A stretch of DNA of 64,000 nt, taken from NCBI GenBank assembly GCA_937944855.1, contig CALFAY010000048.1, positions 29,446 to 93,445 on the forward strand. Direction: 5' to 3'. This DNA is from an uncultured Planctomycetota bacterium (GTDB lineage Bacteria > Planctomycetota > Planctomycetia > Gemmatales > HRBIN36). The translations under genes and the position numbers were made by a program. The notes under the pieces are model-generated. The model saw only the letters and a program-made list of their open reading frames with translations. It made no database searches and was not told where the DNA came from. Positions 16,540 to 25,531 of the stretch are shown here, in pieces (position 1 is the first letter of the stretch; every line of letters begins with the position of its first letter).

Positions 16540-18769
16540 GCGGTTCCTCCTGGCTAAGCGATCCGTCGTAGACCTTTTCCTTGAGCCGGCGCAAAGCCTC
16601 CACGGCCTCCTCGGGGGAGCTGTCGCCTGCCAGCGGTTCCCCGATCAAAACCCAGACACGCTTCGGATCCTCTGGGCGGTGCGGATCGGGAAGCGTGTGG
16701 CAATACACGGGAACGAGGCCCGCGTGCGATCGGTCTTTCAGTTGGCCCAGGAGTTCTCCAAACAATTGAAGATTTTCATCCACGGTCAAGGCGACGACAT
16801 CGCCTTGGGCCAGCGTTTCCCGCGCGGCTTGGATCGCTTTTTCCATGTCCGTCCGCTGAAGTGAGTGTGCGGGCAGAAGAATCATGCCCGTGTTCTGGGC
16901 CAGGAAACGCAGCAGCGGCGTCTGCTCTTCGGGAGGCAGTTTTTCCTGAAGGATGAATCGCACACGTCGATCCGTACAGGACAGCACATGCATGCTCTCG
17001 GTGAAGCGTTCGCAGTTGGTGGCCAGTATGGCCGCCCCTTCGGCTGGGAGATTGTGGATGCCGAAGACGCGAATCCGGTAACGTCCGATGGCCCGCAGCC
17101 AGAGGATGGAACGCACGAAGAAATCCGGCAACATGCGGCACAACGACAAAAGCATCAATAGCGTCATGACGCTGCCGCCGATGAACAGGAAGCGCGGCAG
17201 TCCCCGGTTGTCGTAAACCGGGGTCAGGCGAGTGCCCTCCGGCCGCAGGACGTAATGCACCACGGCATGCCCTTCGAGATTCATCACGAAGCTGCTCACG
17301 ACCACGCGCCGGCCTGGTTCCAGACGGCTAACGACCAGGAGTTCGTCCTGGTCCACATGGACGCGGGTGGTTTCAACCGGCCGCGGCTCGGTTGCTTCGT
17401 CCTCGTGCTTCAGAGGCACGGCCGGTTCGTTCCGCGAGGATTCGCCAAAGCCGAGGAGCCTCGGGGGGTCACCATCAAGGCGAATTTCATAGTAGGCCGG
17501 GCGGCCGTTGCGGTACTCGATCGGGCTGACAAGCGTACCGACGTAGAGATTGTCCCGCTGTTCGATTTCCGGGGTCAACCGCGCCTTATGCACGGCCCAG
17601 ATTAAGCTGAAGAAGCAGACGGAGGCGACAATGGCTCCGGTGACGTTGATGAAGTTGCTGGTGGCGATGACGTCGCCCTTGCTGGACTTGGGAGCGCGGT
17701 GTTGCAGAAGGGCATACAGGGGCACGAAATAGAAGCCGACGCAGAAGCCGAGGGCGATGATGCACGCGATCAGCCCGGGCTGCCAATCGAGGAAAAACGA
17801 AGCCAAGAACATCGCCGTCGCCATTCCCAGCGCACCCAGGGGCACCAGACCGAGTTCCACTTTGCGTCCCGACAACCAGCCCGCCAGAGGACTGCCTAGA
17901 CCAATTCCCAAAGCCACCGTGCCGACGATGACGCTGATGTGGAACTCGTCCCAGCGCGGACTGCGGGTCTCGCCGTGCAGATACATCGTTCCCCGCATGA
18001 AGGCGACGATGAAGGTGAAGAAGGCGATGCCGATGACGGACAGGGCCAGGGGACGGGAGCGAATCAGGATTCTGATGTTGTGCCACAGGGGACCGTAGAG
18101 CTTGTGCGGCCACAGACCCGGAAACGGCCGATCCGGATTGGCCGCGGGCATCTTGCGAATCATCAGACTTGCCAGCGCTCCCGCGACGGACAGGGCGAGC
18201 AGAATCAGGCCGATGTACTCTTCCTGGCCCTTGAACATGCGACGATCCGAAAGCATACCCCCGGCCACCGTGCCCAGGATCACCGCCAGAAACGAAGTGG
18301 ATTCCAGGACTCCGTTGCCTTTGGACAACAGGCTGTGCGGCAAAATCTCAGGCATCACTCCGTATTTGGCGGGCACGAAGAACGCGCTGTGCATGCCCAT
18401 GAGGAATACGGCGGAAAGCACCAGCCAGGGGCCGACCGGCGTTTTCCACGTATTGCCGAGCCAGAAGCCGATTAAGGCCAGCAGGGCAATGGCGACTTCG
18501 GAGAACTTCCAGAAAACCAGCGTATATTTCTTGCTGTAGCGGTCGGCAAGATACCCGGCGAGCGTGCAGAAGATCGCCCACGGGGCGTAGAACAGGATCG
18601 GCATCAACGAGATAGCCGTCGCTTCTGTCAACGTGTTGGTCCGAATCGCATAGAACATGGCGGCGGCGTGGATGCACTGATCGTTGAAGGCCGCCAGGAA
18701 TTGAGCAATGATCAAGCCGGTGAACGTGCGGTTCACCAGCGACGTGTAAGGTTGAAAACCCTGCTGCAT
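16514..18769 (-). CDS. LplT-like MFS transporter fused to a PlsC-type acyltransferase-like domain
   Basis: The N-terminal ~390 aa is 12-TM MFS-like ('FTGLIIAQFLAAFNDQ', 'GYLADRYSKK'). A soluble insert, one TM and then an acyltransferase-like C-terminus ('IRVFGIHNLPAEGAAILATNCERFTESMHVL') follow. The 3' end overlaps the convergent permease gene by 26 nt. Confidence 0.7.
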   Translation of the reverse strand: MQQGFQPYTSLVNRTFTGLIIAQFLAAFNDQCIHAAAMFYAIRTNTLTEATAISLMPILFYAPWAIFCTLAGYLADRYSKKYTLVFWKFSEVAIALLALIGFWLGNTWKTPVGPWLVLSAVFLMGMHSAFFVPAKYGVMPEILPHSLLSKGNGVLESTSFLAVILGTVAGGMLSDRRMFKGQEEYIGLILLALSVAGALASLMIRKMPAANPDRPFPGLWPHKLYGPLWHNIRILIRSRPLALSVIGIAFFTFIVAFMRGTMYLHGETRSPRWDEFHISVIVGTVALGIGLGSPLAGWLSGRKVELGLVPLGALGMATAMFLASFFLDWQPGLIACIIALGFCVGFYFVPLYALLQHRAPKSSKGDVIATSNFINVTGAIVASVCFFSLIWAVHKARLTPEIEQRDNLYVGTLVSPIEYRNGRPAYYEIRLDGDPPRLLGFGESSRNEPAVPLKHEDEATEPRPVETTRVHVDQDELLVVSRLEPGRRVVVSSFVMNLEGHAVVHYVLRPEGTRLTPVYDNRGLPRFLFIGGSVMTLLMLLSLCRMLPDFFVRSILWLRAIGRYRIRVFGIHNLPAEGAAILATNCERFTESMHVLSCTDRRVRFILQEKLPPEEQTPLLRFLAQNTGMILLPAHSLQRTDMEKAIQAARETLAQGDVVALTVDENLQLFGELLGQLKDRSHAGLVPVYCHTLPDPHRPEDPKRVWVLIGEPLAGDSSPEEAVEALRRLKEKVYDGSLSQEEPLSAVHPAA

Positions 18770-19064
18770 AAAGCTCCCTTCCCTGTGCGGACGCCGTCCC
18801 TGGCGTCGTCTGCTTCTACTATACTGCCCACCGCAAGACCTGCCTACGCGGCCCGGGTCAGGCTCGCAACTCCTTCAAGACTCGCCGCTTTTCGTTCGTG
18901 AACTCTTCTTGGAATCTGCACAATTGCCGTCTCCGCGTGAACATGCCGTAAGCGGTCCGGGAGAGTTCTGCGAATTCCGAGTGACAGCCCCAAGTCACTC
19001 TGGAAGCCGATGCGCCATAGACGCTAGATTTCCAGCGGAGAACGCGCCAGACTCAGGGATTCTC

Positions 19065-19793
19065 ATGCACGACGCCATCATTCTTTCCGACCTGCACCTG
19101 GGCGGAGACAATGCTCAGGTTCTCGCTCTCCGGACGTTTTTGGAGAGCATCCACAACGGCGAGAGGCCCACCCGCCAGCTCATCCTGAACGGCGATGTGT
19201 TCGACTCCCACGACTTCCGACGGCTCAAGAAGCACCACTGGAGAATCCTGTCGCTGCTTCGCCGCATGTCGGACGACGTCCCGATCGTCTGGATCAACGG
19301 CAACCACGACGGACCGGCGGAAGTCATTTCTTCGCTTATCGGCGTCCAGTTCGCTGAGGAATACGAGTTGGTCAGCGGCCAGCGCCGCATCCTGGTTTTG
19401 CACGGTCACCAGTTCGATTCCTTTCTCGACGACCATCCCCTGCTGACCCGAGCCGCCGAGGTGGTTTACCGAATGCTTCAGCGCGTTGATCCGACCTTCC
19501 AGATGGCCCGTCGGGCCAAACGGGCCAGCAAGACGTTTCTCCGCTGCGCCGAACTGGTGCGCGAACGCGCCACGGCCTACGCGGCACGCCGGGGATTCGA
19601 CGCCGTTTGCTGCGGACATACCCACCTGGAAGCCGGTCCCTGCGACGACCCGCTTTCGACCGAACAGACGCCCGTGGAGTATTTCAACGGCGGATGCTGG
19701 ACGGAACTGCCATGCGGCTACCTCACCATCCGCGACGGCCATATCGCCCTGCACCACTTCGTTTTCGATGCCGAGCCGGTAGCGGCGGTGTGA
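19065..19793 (+). CDS. Calcineurin-like metallophosphoesterase, LpxH-like (UDP-2,3-diacylglucosamine diphosphatase family)
   Basis: Motifs 'LSDLHLG', 'LNGDVFD', 'INGNHD', 'LHGHQFD', 'CCGHTH'. ATG 19065 (MHDAIILSDLHLG) is preferred to the track start 18909. Confidence 0.7.
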   Translation: MHDAIILSDLHLGGDNAQVLALRTFLESIHNGERPTRQLILNGDVFDSHDFRRLKKHHWRILSLLRRMSDDVPIVWINGNHDGPAEVISSLIGVQFAEEYELVSGQRRILVLHGHQFDSFLDDHPLLTRAAEVVYRMLQRVDPTFQMARRAKRASKTFLRCAELVRERATAYAARRGFDAVCCGHTHLEAGPCDDPLSTEQTPVEYFNGGCWTELPCGYLTIRDGHIALHHFVFDAEPVAAV

Positions 19794-19812
19794 CTTGCTT
19801 GGGAGGCCCGCT

Positions 19813-20853
19813 ATGCGAATCTGCCTGGTGACGGATACCTGGGAGCCGGAAATCAACGGTGTGGTTCGCACGCTCAAGAACACAGGCGCAATCCTCCGAA
19901 GCTGGGGATACGACGTAACCGTGATTCATCCCGATTTGTTCCCCTGGGTCCGGGTCCCGTTCTATCCCGATGTGCGCATGGCTTTGACCTGGTCGGAGTC
20001 GCTGGCAGAGCCACTGGCCCGAGCCGACCGCGTTCACTTGGCCACCGAAGGTCCCCTGGGACTGGCGGCCCGCGGCTGGCTTCTGCGTTATCGTCGCGCC
20101 TTCACTTCCAGCTACCATACCGATCTACCCGCTTATCTCTGGAAATATCTACTTTTGCCGCCGTGGATCACCTATCGGCTGTTGCGGTTCTTTCACAGTC
20201 GTTCCCGGAAGGTGCTGGTCTCCACGGCGTCATTAGCGTGGCGGCTGGCCCGCTGGGGTTTTCGCAATCTGGCCCGCTGGGGCCGCGGCGTGGACACTCA
20301 GCTATTTCGACCCCAGGAAGCTTCTCGCCCGACGCGGTCCCGGCCCCTGGCGATCTACGTCGGTCGCGTGGCCGTGGAGAAGAACATCGAAGCATTCCTG
20401 ACCTTGGATCGGCCGGTGGACAAGATGGTGGTTGGCGACGGCCCGCAACGAGCCGAGCTTGAACGCCGTTTCCCGCACATTCCGTTCGTCGGAGCCAAGC
20501 ACGGCGCAGAACTGGCATCTCTGTACGCTCAAGCGGACGTGCTGGTTTTCCCCAGCCGCACAGATACCTTCGGCATTGTCATGCTGGAAGCTCTGGCCTG
20601 CGGAACTCCCGTGGCTGCCTATCCTGTGCCCGGCCCGCTCGACGTGCTCGGCCACAATCGCGAGATCGGAGCGATGGATGAAGACCTCGGAAAGGCCGTG
20701 GATCACTGCCTGGAACACGCCCAGCGGGGTGCCTGTCGGGCTTTCGCTTTGGAGCATTCCTGGGAGAAATGCACGCGGCAGTTCCTCGAACACCTGGTGC
20801 CTTCCGTCCCGTCCCGCAGACGACTGAGCCGATTCTTCCAGCGGCCTTGTTAG
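19813..20853 (+). CDS. Glycosyltransferase family 4 (GT-B)
   Basis: 'MRICLVTDTWEPEINGVV' N-terminus and 'SRTDTFGIVMLEALACGTPVAA' EX7E region. ATG 19813 preferred. Confidence 0.85.
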   Translation: MRICLVTDTWEPEINGVVRTLKNTGAILRSWGYDVTVIHPDLFPWVRVPFYPDVRMALTWSESLAEPLARADRVHLATEGPLGLAARGWLLRYRRAFTSSYHTDLPAYLWKYLLLPPWITYRLLRFFHSRSRKVLVSTASLAWRLARWGFRNLARWGRGVDTQLFRPQEASRPTRSRPLAIYVGRVAVEKNIEAFLTLDRPVDKMVVGDGPQRAELERRFPHIPFVGAKHGAELASLYAQADVLVFPSRTDTFGIVMLEALACGTPVAAYPVPGPLDVLGHNREIGAMDEDLGKAVDHCLEHAQRGACRAFALEHSWEKCTRQFLEHLVPSVPSRRRLSRFFQRPC

Positions 20854-20854
20854 G

Positions 20855-22870
20855 TCACGAGGGCCCCAGCATCCGGGAGGCGCGCTGTCGCACCGCGTCG
20901 ATCTCCGAGCCAAGATCGGCTCCGACTCGTGGAAGCAGGTCCTCGACTTCCCGAAGCAGCCGCAAAGCTTCCTGCGGCTTGCCGTCGTCCACGGCGTGGG
21001 ACGCCGCAATGACCAGCCATTGCAGCCGCCGTTGCAATTCGGAATCGTTGGACGCCTTGCGGGCCAGGTCAACGATGAATGGAGACGCTTGATTCCATTT
21101 CTTTTGCACCAGCAGAGCTTGAATCAGGGCTGCGGTTACGGTGTCCACATGTGAGCGAGTGGATTCGTTCTTGAGCCAGCGAGTGCGGATTTCGTTTAAC
21201 AATTCGGCCCGGCGTGCGTGTTCCTGTTGAGCTGACAGGTTTTGGTCCCACTGGCTGATCAGCGTCCAGGATCCGGATCGGCTCAAAATGTCCACGAAGG
21301 CCCCCCAGGCCTTGACCTGGACTCGGGAATCTTCCGTGGCCGTCACCCGCTGCCACAGCAGCGGCAACTGTGCCGCAGACCCCAGGTCGCCGAGCACAGT
21401 GGCAGCTCGACTGCGTACACCCGGGTCGCCATCGCGGACGAGGACCTGCTCCAGACGCCGAATCAGCTCCTGCCTGCGAGGCGTATCCAGGGCTTCACTC
21501 TGACCGAGACGGGCCAAGGCCCCAACCACATGGAAACGCACGCCGGGTACGGGATCGTCCAGCGCGGTCGTCAAAGCCGGGAGCGACGCTGGATCGGCCA
21601 CTTGTTCCAAAGCCCGGGCCGCTGCCTGTCGGACCGGATCGGCCGGGTGTCGCAGCAGGCCCGTGATAATCGGGGCTGCTTCCGGTACGCCGAGGCTGCC
21701 GAGACTTTCCACCGCTTCCGCCACCACTACCAGCGACGGGTCGGACAGGGCTTTTTCAAGAGCCTTGACCGCTCGACTGTTCATTTCCGCACGGGAAACG
21801 CTTTGCGGGCAGCGGTATCGCCCCAGACTCCGCGCCGCCGCCGCCCTCACCTCCAGCGAATTGCTGTGCAGTAGCGTCAGCAATCGCTCAAAAGCGCGGG
21901 GATCGTCGATTTTTTCCAGTGCCAAAACAGCTTGGCGTTGCACGGCTTCCACGCCATCCTCACTGAAGGCCAGCAGCAAGTCGGCAAGAGGCTTTAATTC
22001 CGAGCTGTTGGCGTCACTGAGAGTTTCCACGATCCAAGCGATCGCTTGAACTCGGACGGAAGCATATTCGTTTTGCGCTAGTTGGCGAAAATGATTGACC
22101 CGGTCGGCACGCGGAGTGCGCGCGTAAAGTTGCTGATGCAATCGCAGGATCTCTGCTTCGGCCCTCTGCAAATCATTTTGCAATCGCCGTGAGCGGTCAA
22201 GGAACAAGGCATTTCTGCTTAAAAGCCATTCGATCTCGCTTAGGTCTTTGTGGTTGGACCACCACTCTTGCCAAGCGGAGATATTGTGGCCATAGTCCAA
22301 GCCCGTGAGTTCCTCCAGGGCGGTGGCGGCACTTTGCCGAATTGCAGGCAGATCAGACGAAAGCAGGCTGAGGAGAGCGGGCATCGCATTTTTCTGACCG
22401 GATTTTCCGAGCGCCAACGCGGCCGCCTGCCGAGCCGGGATACTGGCTTGGGGGTCCTCCGCAATGCCCAGAAGCCGGTGCAGCACCAGATCGCTGTCTG
22501 ACCGCGCCAAAGCCTCCGCAGCAGCCAGTCGCAAAGATGATTGCTCCGCTTGGATAGCTTTCAAGAGCGGCTCGGTGAAACGGCGATCTCGGGTCATGCG
22601 GATAGCAGAGGCCAAAGCGACGAACACGTCCGGTCGATCCCACCGCCGCAATCCTTCGCGCACCACCTCGGCGGCATCCGGGGACAAGCTCTGCAGGAGC
22701 ATCAGTGCGGCCTGGCTTTGTGCCGGAGCGTCCTGGCGGTTGTACAACTGTTCCCGCAGTTGTGCCACGTCGGGCGGCAGCACGGGAGCCATCGGCTGCG
22801 GTTCAAAGCGACGTGGCGGCTCCGGTCCCAGCAGTACGACTGCCAGGAACAGCGTCAAGAAGCTCGTCAT
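20855..22870 (-). CDS. HEAT-repeat protein with N-terminal signal/anchor
   Basis: Repeated HEAT-like units ('LPAIRQSAATALEEL', 'LEVRAAAARSLGR', 'DPVRQAAARALEQV', 'VPGVRFHVVGALARLG', 'DPGVRSRAATVLGDLG'). The N-terminus is 'MTSFLTLFLAVVLLGP'. Its stop is 1 nt from the stop of the convergent GT4 gene. Confidence 0.8.
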   Translation of the reverse strand: MTSFLTLFLAVVLLGPEPPRRFEPQPMAPVLPPDVAQLREQLYNRQDAPAQSQAALMLLQSLSPDAAEVVREGLRRWDRPDVFVALASAIRMTRDRRFTEPLLKAIQAEQSSLRLAAAEALARSDSDLVLHRLLGIAEDPQASIPARQAAALALGKSGQKNAMPALLSLLSSDLPAIRQSAATALEELTGLDYGHNISAWQEWWSNHKDLSEIEWLLSRNALFLDRSRRLQNDLQRAEAEILRLHQQLYARTPRADRVNHFRQLAQNEYASVRVQAIAWIVETLSDANSSELKPLADLLLAFSEDGVEAVQRQAVLALEKIDDPRAFERLLTLLHSNSLEVRAAAARSLGRYRCPQSVSRAEMNSRAVKALEKALSDPSLVVVAEAVESLGSLGVPEAAPIITGLLRHPADPVRQAAARALEQVADPASLPALTTALDDPVPGVRFHVVGALARLGQSEALDTPRRQELIRRLEQVLVRDGDPGVRSRAATVLGDLGSAAQLPLLWQRVTATEDSRVQVKAWGAFVDILSRSGSWTLISQWDQNLSAQQEHARRAELLNEIRTRWLKNESTRSHVDTVTAALIQALLVQKKWNQASPFIVDLARKASNDSELQRRLQWLVIAASHAVDDGKPQEALRLLREVEDLLPRVGADLGSEIDAVRQRASRMLGPS

Positions 22871-22889
22871 CCTTCGCCTCTTGCCTGAA

Positions 22890-24956
22890 TTAACTCACTC
22901 GGGACTGAATCGGCCTGCCGACCATAGCGTGCCTCGCTGAAACGGTCAACGCCGACTGCCGGGGACTACGCGGCTCCGTCATGGTGATACGTCCGCAGCG
23001 GGCACGGAAGCGCTGGACTGCGCCTCCATAAAGCCGAGAGGAAACCAAGGCCCAAATTAGCGTCCACAGAATGCAAAAGAGTGCGACCCAACTCGAGAAG
23101 TCATGAGCATGGGACGTTCTCCGGATCTCCAGTTCCCATCCGTTAACATGGGCAAAACCCATGACCACGGTCGGAGTCGTCGTCAAAAAGGCTGTGATTA
23201 TGTAATCGCCGCTAGGGCCAGACAAATACGGCAGCGCCATCATGAAGGGTACAGTCACGAAGAGATGGGCACCCATGAGAAACAGACAGACCAAGCCGGC
23301 TAACATGCCGGCTCCAAGCGAGGAGCGGACCAGGGTGCCGCAAAACAGGCCGATGCTGCTGAAAAGGGCGAGGTAGATCGTAAATGCAGCCACACTGGCT
23401 AGGAAGCCTAAGGGATGCAACAGGCCCGCGCAAACCTCCAAAAACCAAATAGTAAGGAGGATTGCGATCAACCAGCGGGCATAACACATGGACCCGATCC
23501 ATTTGCCGGCGAGGATTTCTTTCTCGGTAAGCGGCGTAGCCAGCAGAACATCCAGGGTCTGTTTTTCTCGTTCGACGTTAATGCTGTACGCCGCCTGGAT
23601 ACATGTCACGAACCAGATCAACGCGACATACCATGGCAGGATCAGCCGCGGCAGAACGTCAACGAAATCAAATGGATGAGACGAGGGCGACCACCACACA
23701 AAACATGGGTTTGCTAAGGAAAAAGCACAGAGGCTTGCACCGACGATCACCGTGAAACACGCGATCAAGCCTATGCGCGCCCAGCCTCGCATGAACATCG
23801 TGACCAGGACTGCGTTTAACAACAGTCCAAAAAACAGCGCTGTAAGTACGTTTGCCGAAACAGAATCAAGCCGTAATCGGAGAACAAAGACGGCCCCAGT
23901 GATAGCCAGGATCGAGAGTGCTAAAAGCCGACTCATGACTTTGGCTGCTGCGCCGTGCAAAATTCCACCATCGGTCAGTAGTTCTTTCCAAATCATAGGC
24001 CAGTTCCCGATCGCCAGGCGCCAGCGGGAAGCCGGAGAGACAGTCAAGGACTTCGTTCTCCTGGCCGCTCCATACGCTTGCCGGACGTATGCCGACCTGA
24101 CCTGGAGAATGGCAAGGCTGATGAAAAGCACAAAGGATAATCCGTGAAACACGGCGTAGCGAACCAGCCATACGATTAGTACGCCGCCGTAGCCCCGTCC
24201 GCCCGCGGTTCCGGCCGCGTTCGCCAAATCATAAATGGCATGAAAAGGATTGCCTGAAGCCAGCCCCCATGCACCCAGGCCAAGTGCCGCTTCCCAGTCG
24301 AACGAATCAAGGCTCGGAAAACGCACCGGTTGTCCGAAAATGATCCACGAAGGCACGAGGACCACGAAGTAAATCGCGAAATACAGGACGATGGTCAAAA
24401 AAGTAAGCAGAATCGCCTCGCGAGAATTCCGGCAGTGCACCGACCAGTACATGCTGATGCCGCTCAGCGAGAGCATGGTCAGCGCCGTGGCGGCGAACCC
24501 GCTCCACAGCAAATCCGGAGAGACCCCCCCCAGCAACTGCATAATGCTAAGTAACGGCAGGCCCGCCAGCAAAATGAGCATGAGCACGGCCAATCTGGAC
24601 ATCAATTTGCCCAGAACAATCTCTCGATTTCGCAGGTCCGTGGTGAAAATGTACTCCAGCGTGCGGCGGTCCTTTTCGTCCGCAATGGCACTGCCGACGT
24701 AGATTGGTGTCAAGACGAAAACGGCGACCCATTGAATGAGCAGGAATGTTATATAAAAAGCGTAACTTATGCGAGCCAGCACTATCGCATCAAGAACTTC
24801 GGAGGCGAAGAAATTCCTTCCAAGGATTTCCCCGTAGGTGGCGGCAAGAACACTGAACAAGATCAACGGGTACAGGCTGCGAAGGAGCACAATCGAAGTG
24901 CGGCGGGACGACCGCACCATGTCGTACCACAGAACCGGACCAAACAGGGTAGTCAC
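22890..24956 (-). CDS. Large ABC-2-type transporter permease (duplicated, ~12 TM)
   Basis: Highly hydrophobic ORF with two permease-like halves. The start is uncertain. GTG 24956 (VTTLFGPVLWYDMVR) is preceded by a G-rich RBS-like run. The track start is 24995. No ATPase gene is adjacent. Confidence 0.65.
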   Translation of the reverse strand: MTTLFGPVLWYDMVRSSRRTSIVLLRSLYPLILFSVLAATYGEILGRNFFASEVLDAIVLARISYAFYITFLLIQWVAVFVLTPIYVGSAIADEKDRRTLEYIFTTDLRNREIVLGKLMSRLAVLMLILLAGLPLLSIMQLLGGVSPDLLWSGFAATALTMLSLSGISMYWSVHCRNSREAILLTFLTIVLYFAIYFVVLVPSWIIFGQPVRFPSLDSFDWEAALGLGAWGLASGNPFHAIYDLANAAGTAGGRGYGGVLIVWLVRYAVFHGLSFVLFISLAILQVRSAYVRQAYGAARRTKSLTVSPASRWRLAIGNWPMIWKELLTDGGILHGAAAKVMSRLLALSILAITGAVFVLRLRLDSVSANVLTALFFGLLLNAVLVTMFMRGWARIGLIACFTVIVGASLCAFSLANPCFVWWSPSSHPFDFVDVLPRLILPWYVALIWFVTCIQAAYSINVEREKQTLDVLLATPLTEKEILAGKWIGSMCYARWLIAILLTIWFLEVCAGLLHPLGFLASVAAFTIYLALFSSIGLFCGTLVRSSLGAGMLAGLVCLFLMGAHLFVTVPFMMALPYLSGPSGDYIITAFLTTTPTVVMGFAHVNGWELEIRRTSHAHDFSSWVALFCILWTLIWALVSSRLYGGAVQRFRARCGRITMTEPRSPRQSALTVSARHAMVGRPIQSRVS

Positions 24957-25086
24957 AGGACAGTCCCCCCGGGACCATGCGGCAGAACAACGCATATTTT
25001 ACCACGCCCGCTTCGCAAGTCCCAGAGTGTCATCGCACGGAACGGAGCTTCGCAACCTCGCCGGGCCTGTCTTTCTCAGGTACCGC

Positions 25087-25521
25087 TCAAGGATTCCATG
25101 CCTCGACGGGAGCATGGGGCAAAAGCCCGATGCCGGTCACCAACATCCCTGCCCATAACAGGGCGAACAGGATGCCAAGCGGAATGTGGATTCGCCGCCA
25201 ATGTTTTAAACCCGTCAAGAGCATGAGCGGCATGACGAACAGAAGGGGAATGACGAAACACAGATGGACGCGCAAGACTTGCCGGTGAAACACGGTCCAT
25301 CCGTTGGTCACCGACCAGCCCGGTTCGAGGTAGGGACCGATCCGGAGCAGTACCTCGAAAGCAAGGACGGCGGACATCGTCAGGACGAAGAAGAGCAGGT
25401 TGAGCCGACCGTGCAGCTTCACCCGGCCCCGCGCTAGAAAGATCAGCGATGCCACGAGGAGCACCGTCACCGCCGAAACAGTGATCTTCAGAACGAGGAT
25501 GATGTCGTAACCCGACGGCAT
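25087..25521 (-). CDS. Small 4-TM membrane protein (DUF420-like)
   Basis: 144-aa ORF with four hydrophobic helices. The size and His/Arg placement resemble the DUF420 family. This is a weak call. Confidence 0.5.
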   Translation of the reverse strand: MPSGYDIILVLKITVSAVTVLLVASLIFLARGRVKLHGRLNLLFFVLTMSAVLAFEVLLRIGPYLEPGWSVTNGWTVFHRQVLRVHLCFVIPLLFVMPLMLLTGLKHWRRIHIPLGILFALLWAGMLVTGIGLLPHAPVEAWNP

Positions 25522-25531
25522 CGGACCGACC

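Noticed and set aside
18790-19000. Short hairpins in the divergent MFS / LpxH-like intergenic region: GACGCC-N6-GGCGTC at 18790-18807 and GAGTGAC-N8-GTCACTC at 18979-19000.
   Set aside because: Stems of 6-7 bp are expected by chance in GC-rich DNA. I have no flanking T-tract or conserved motif to support a function.
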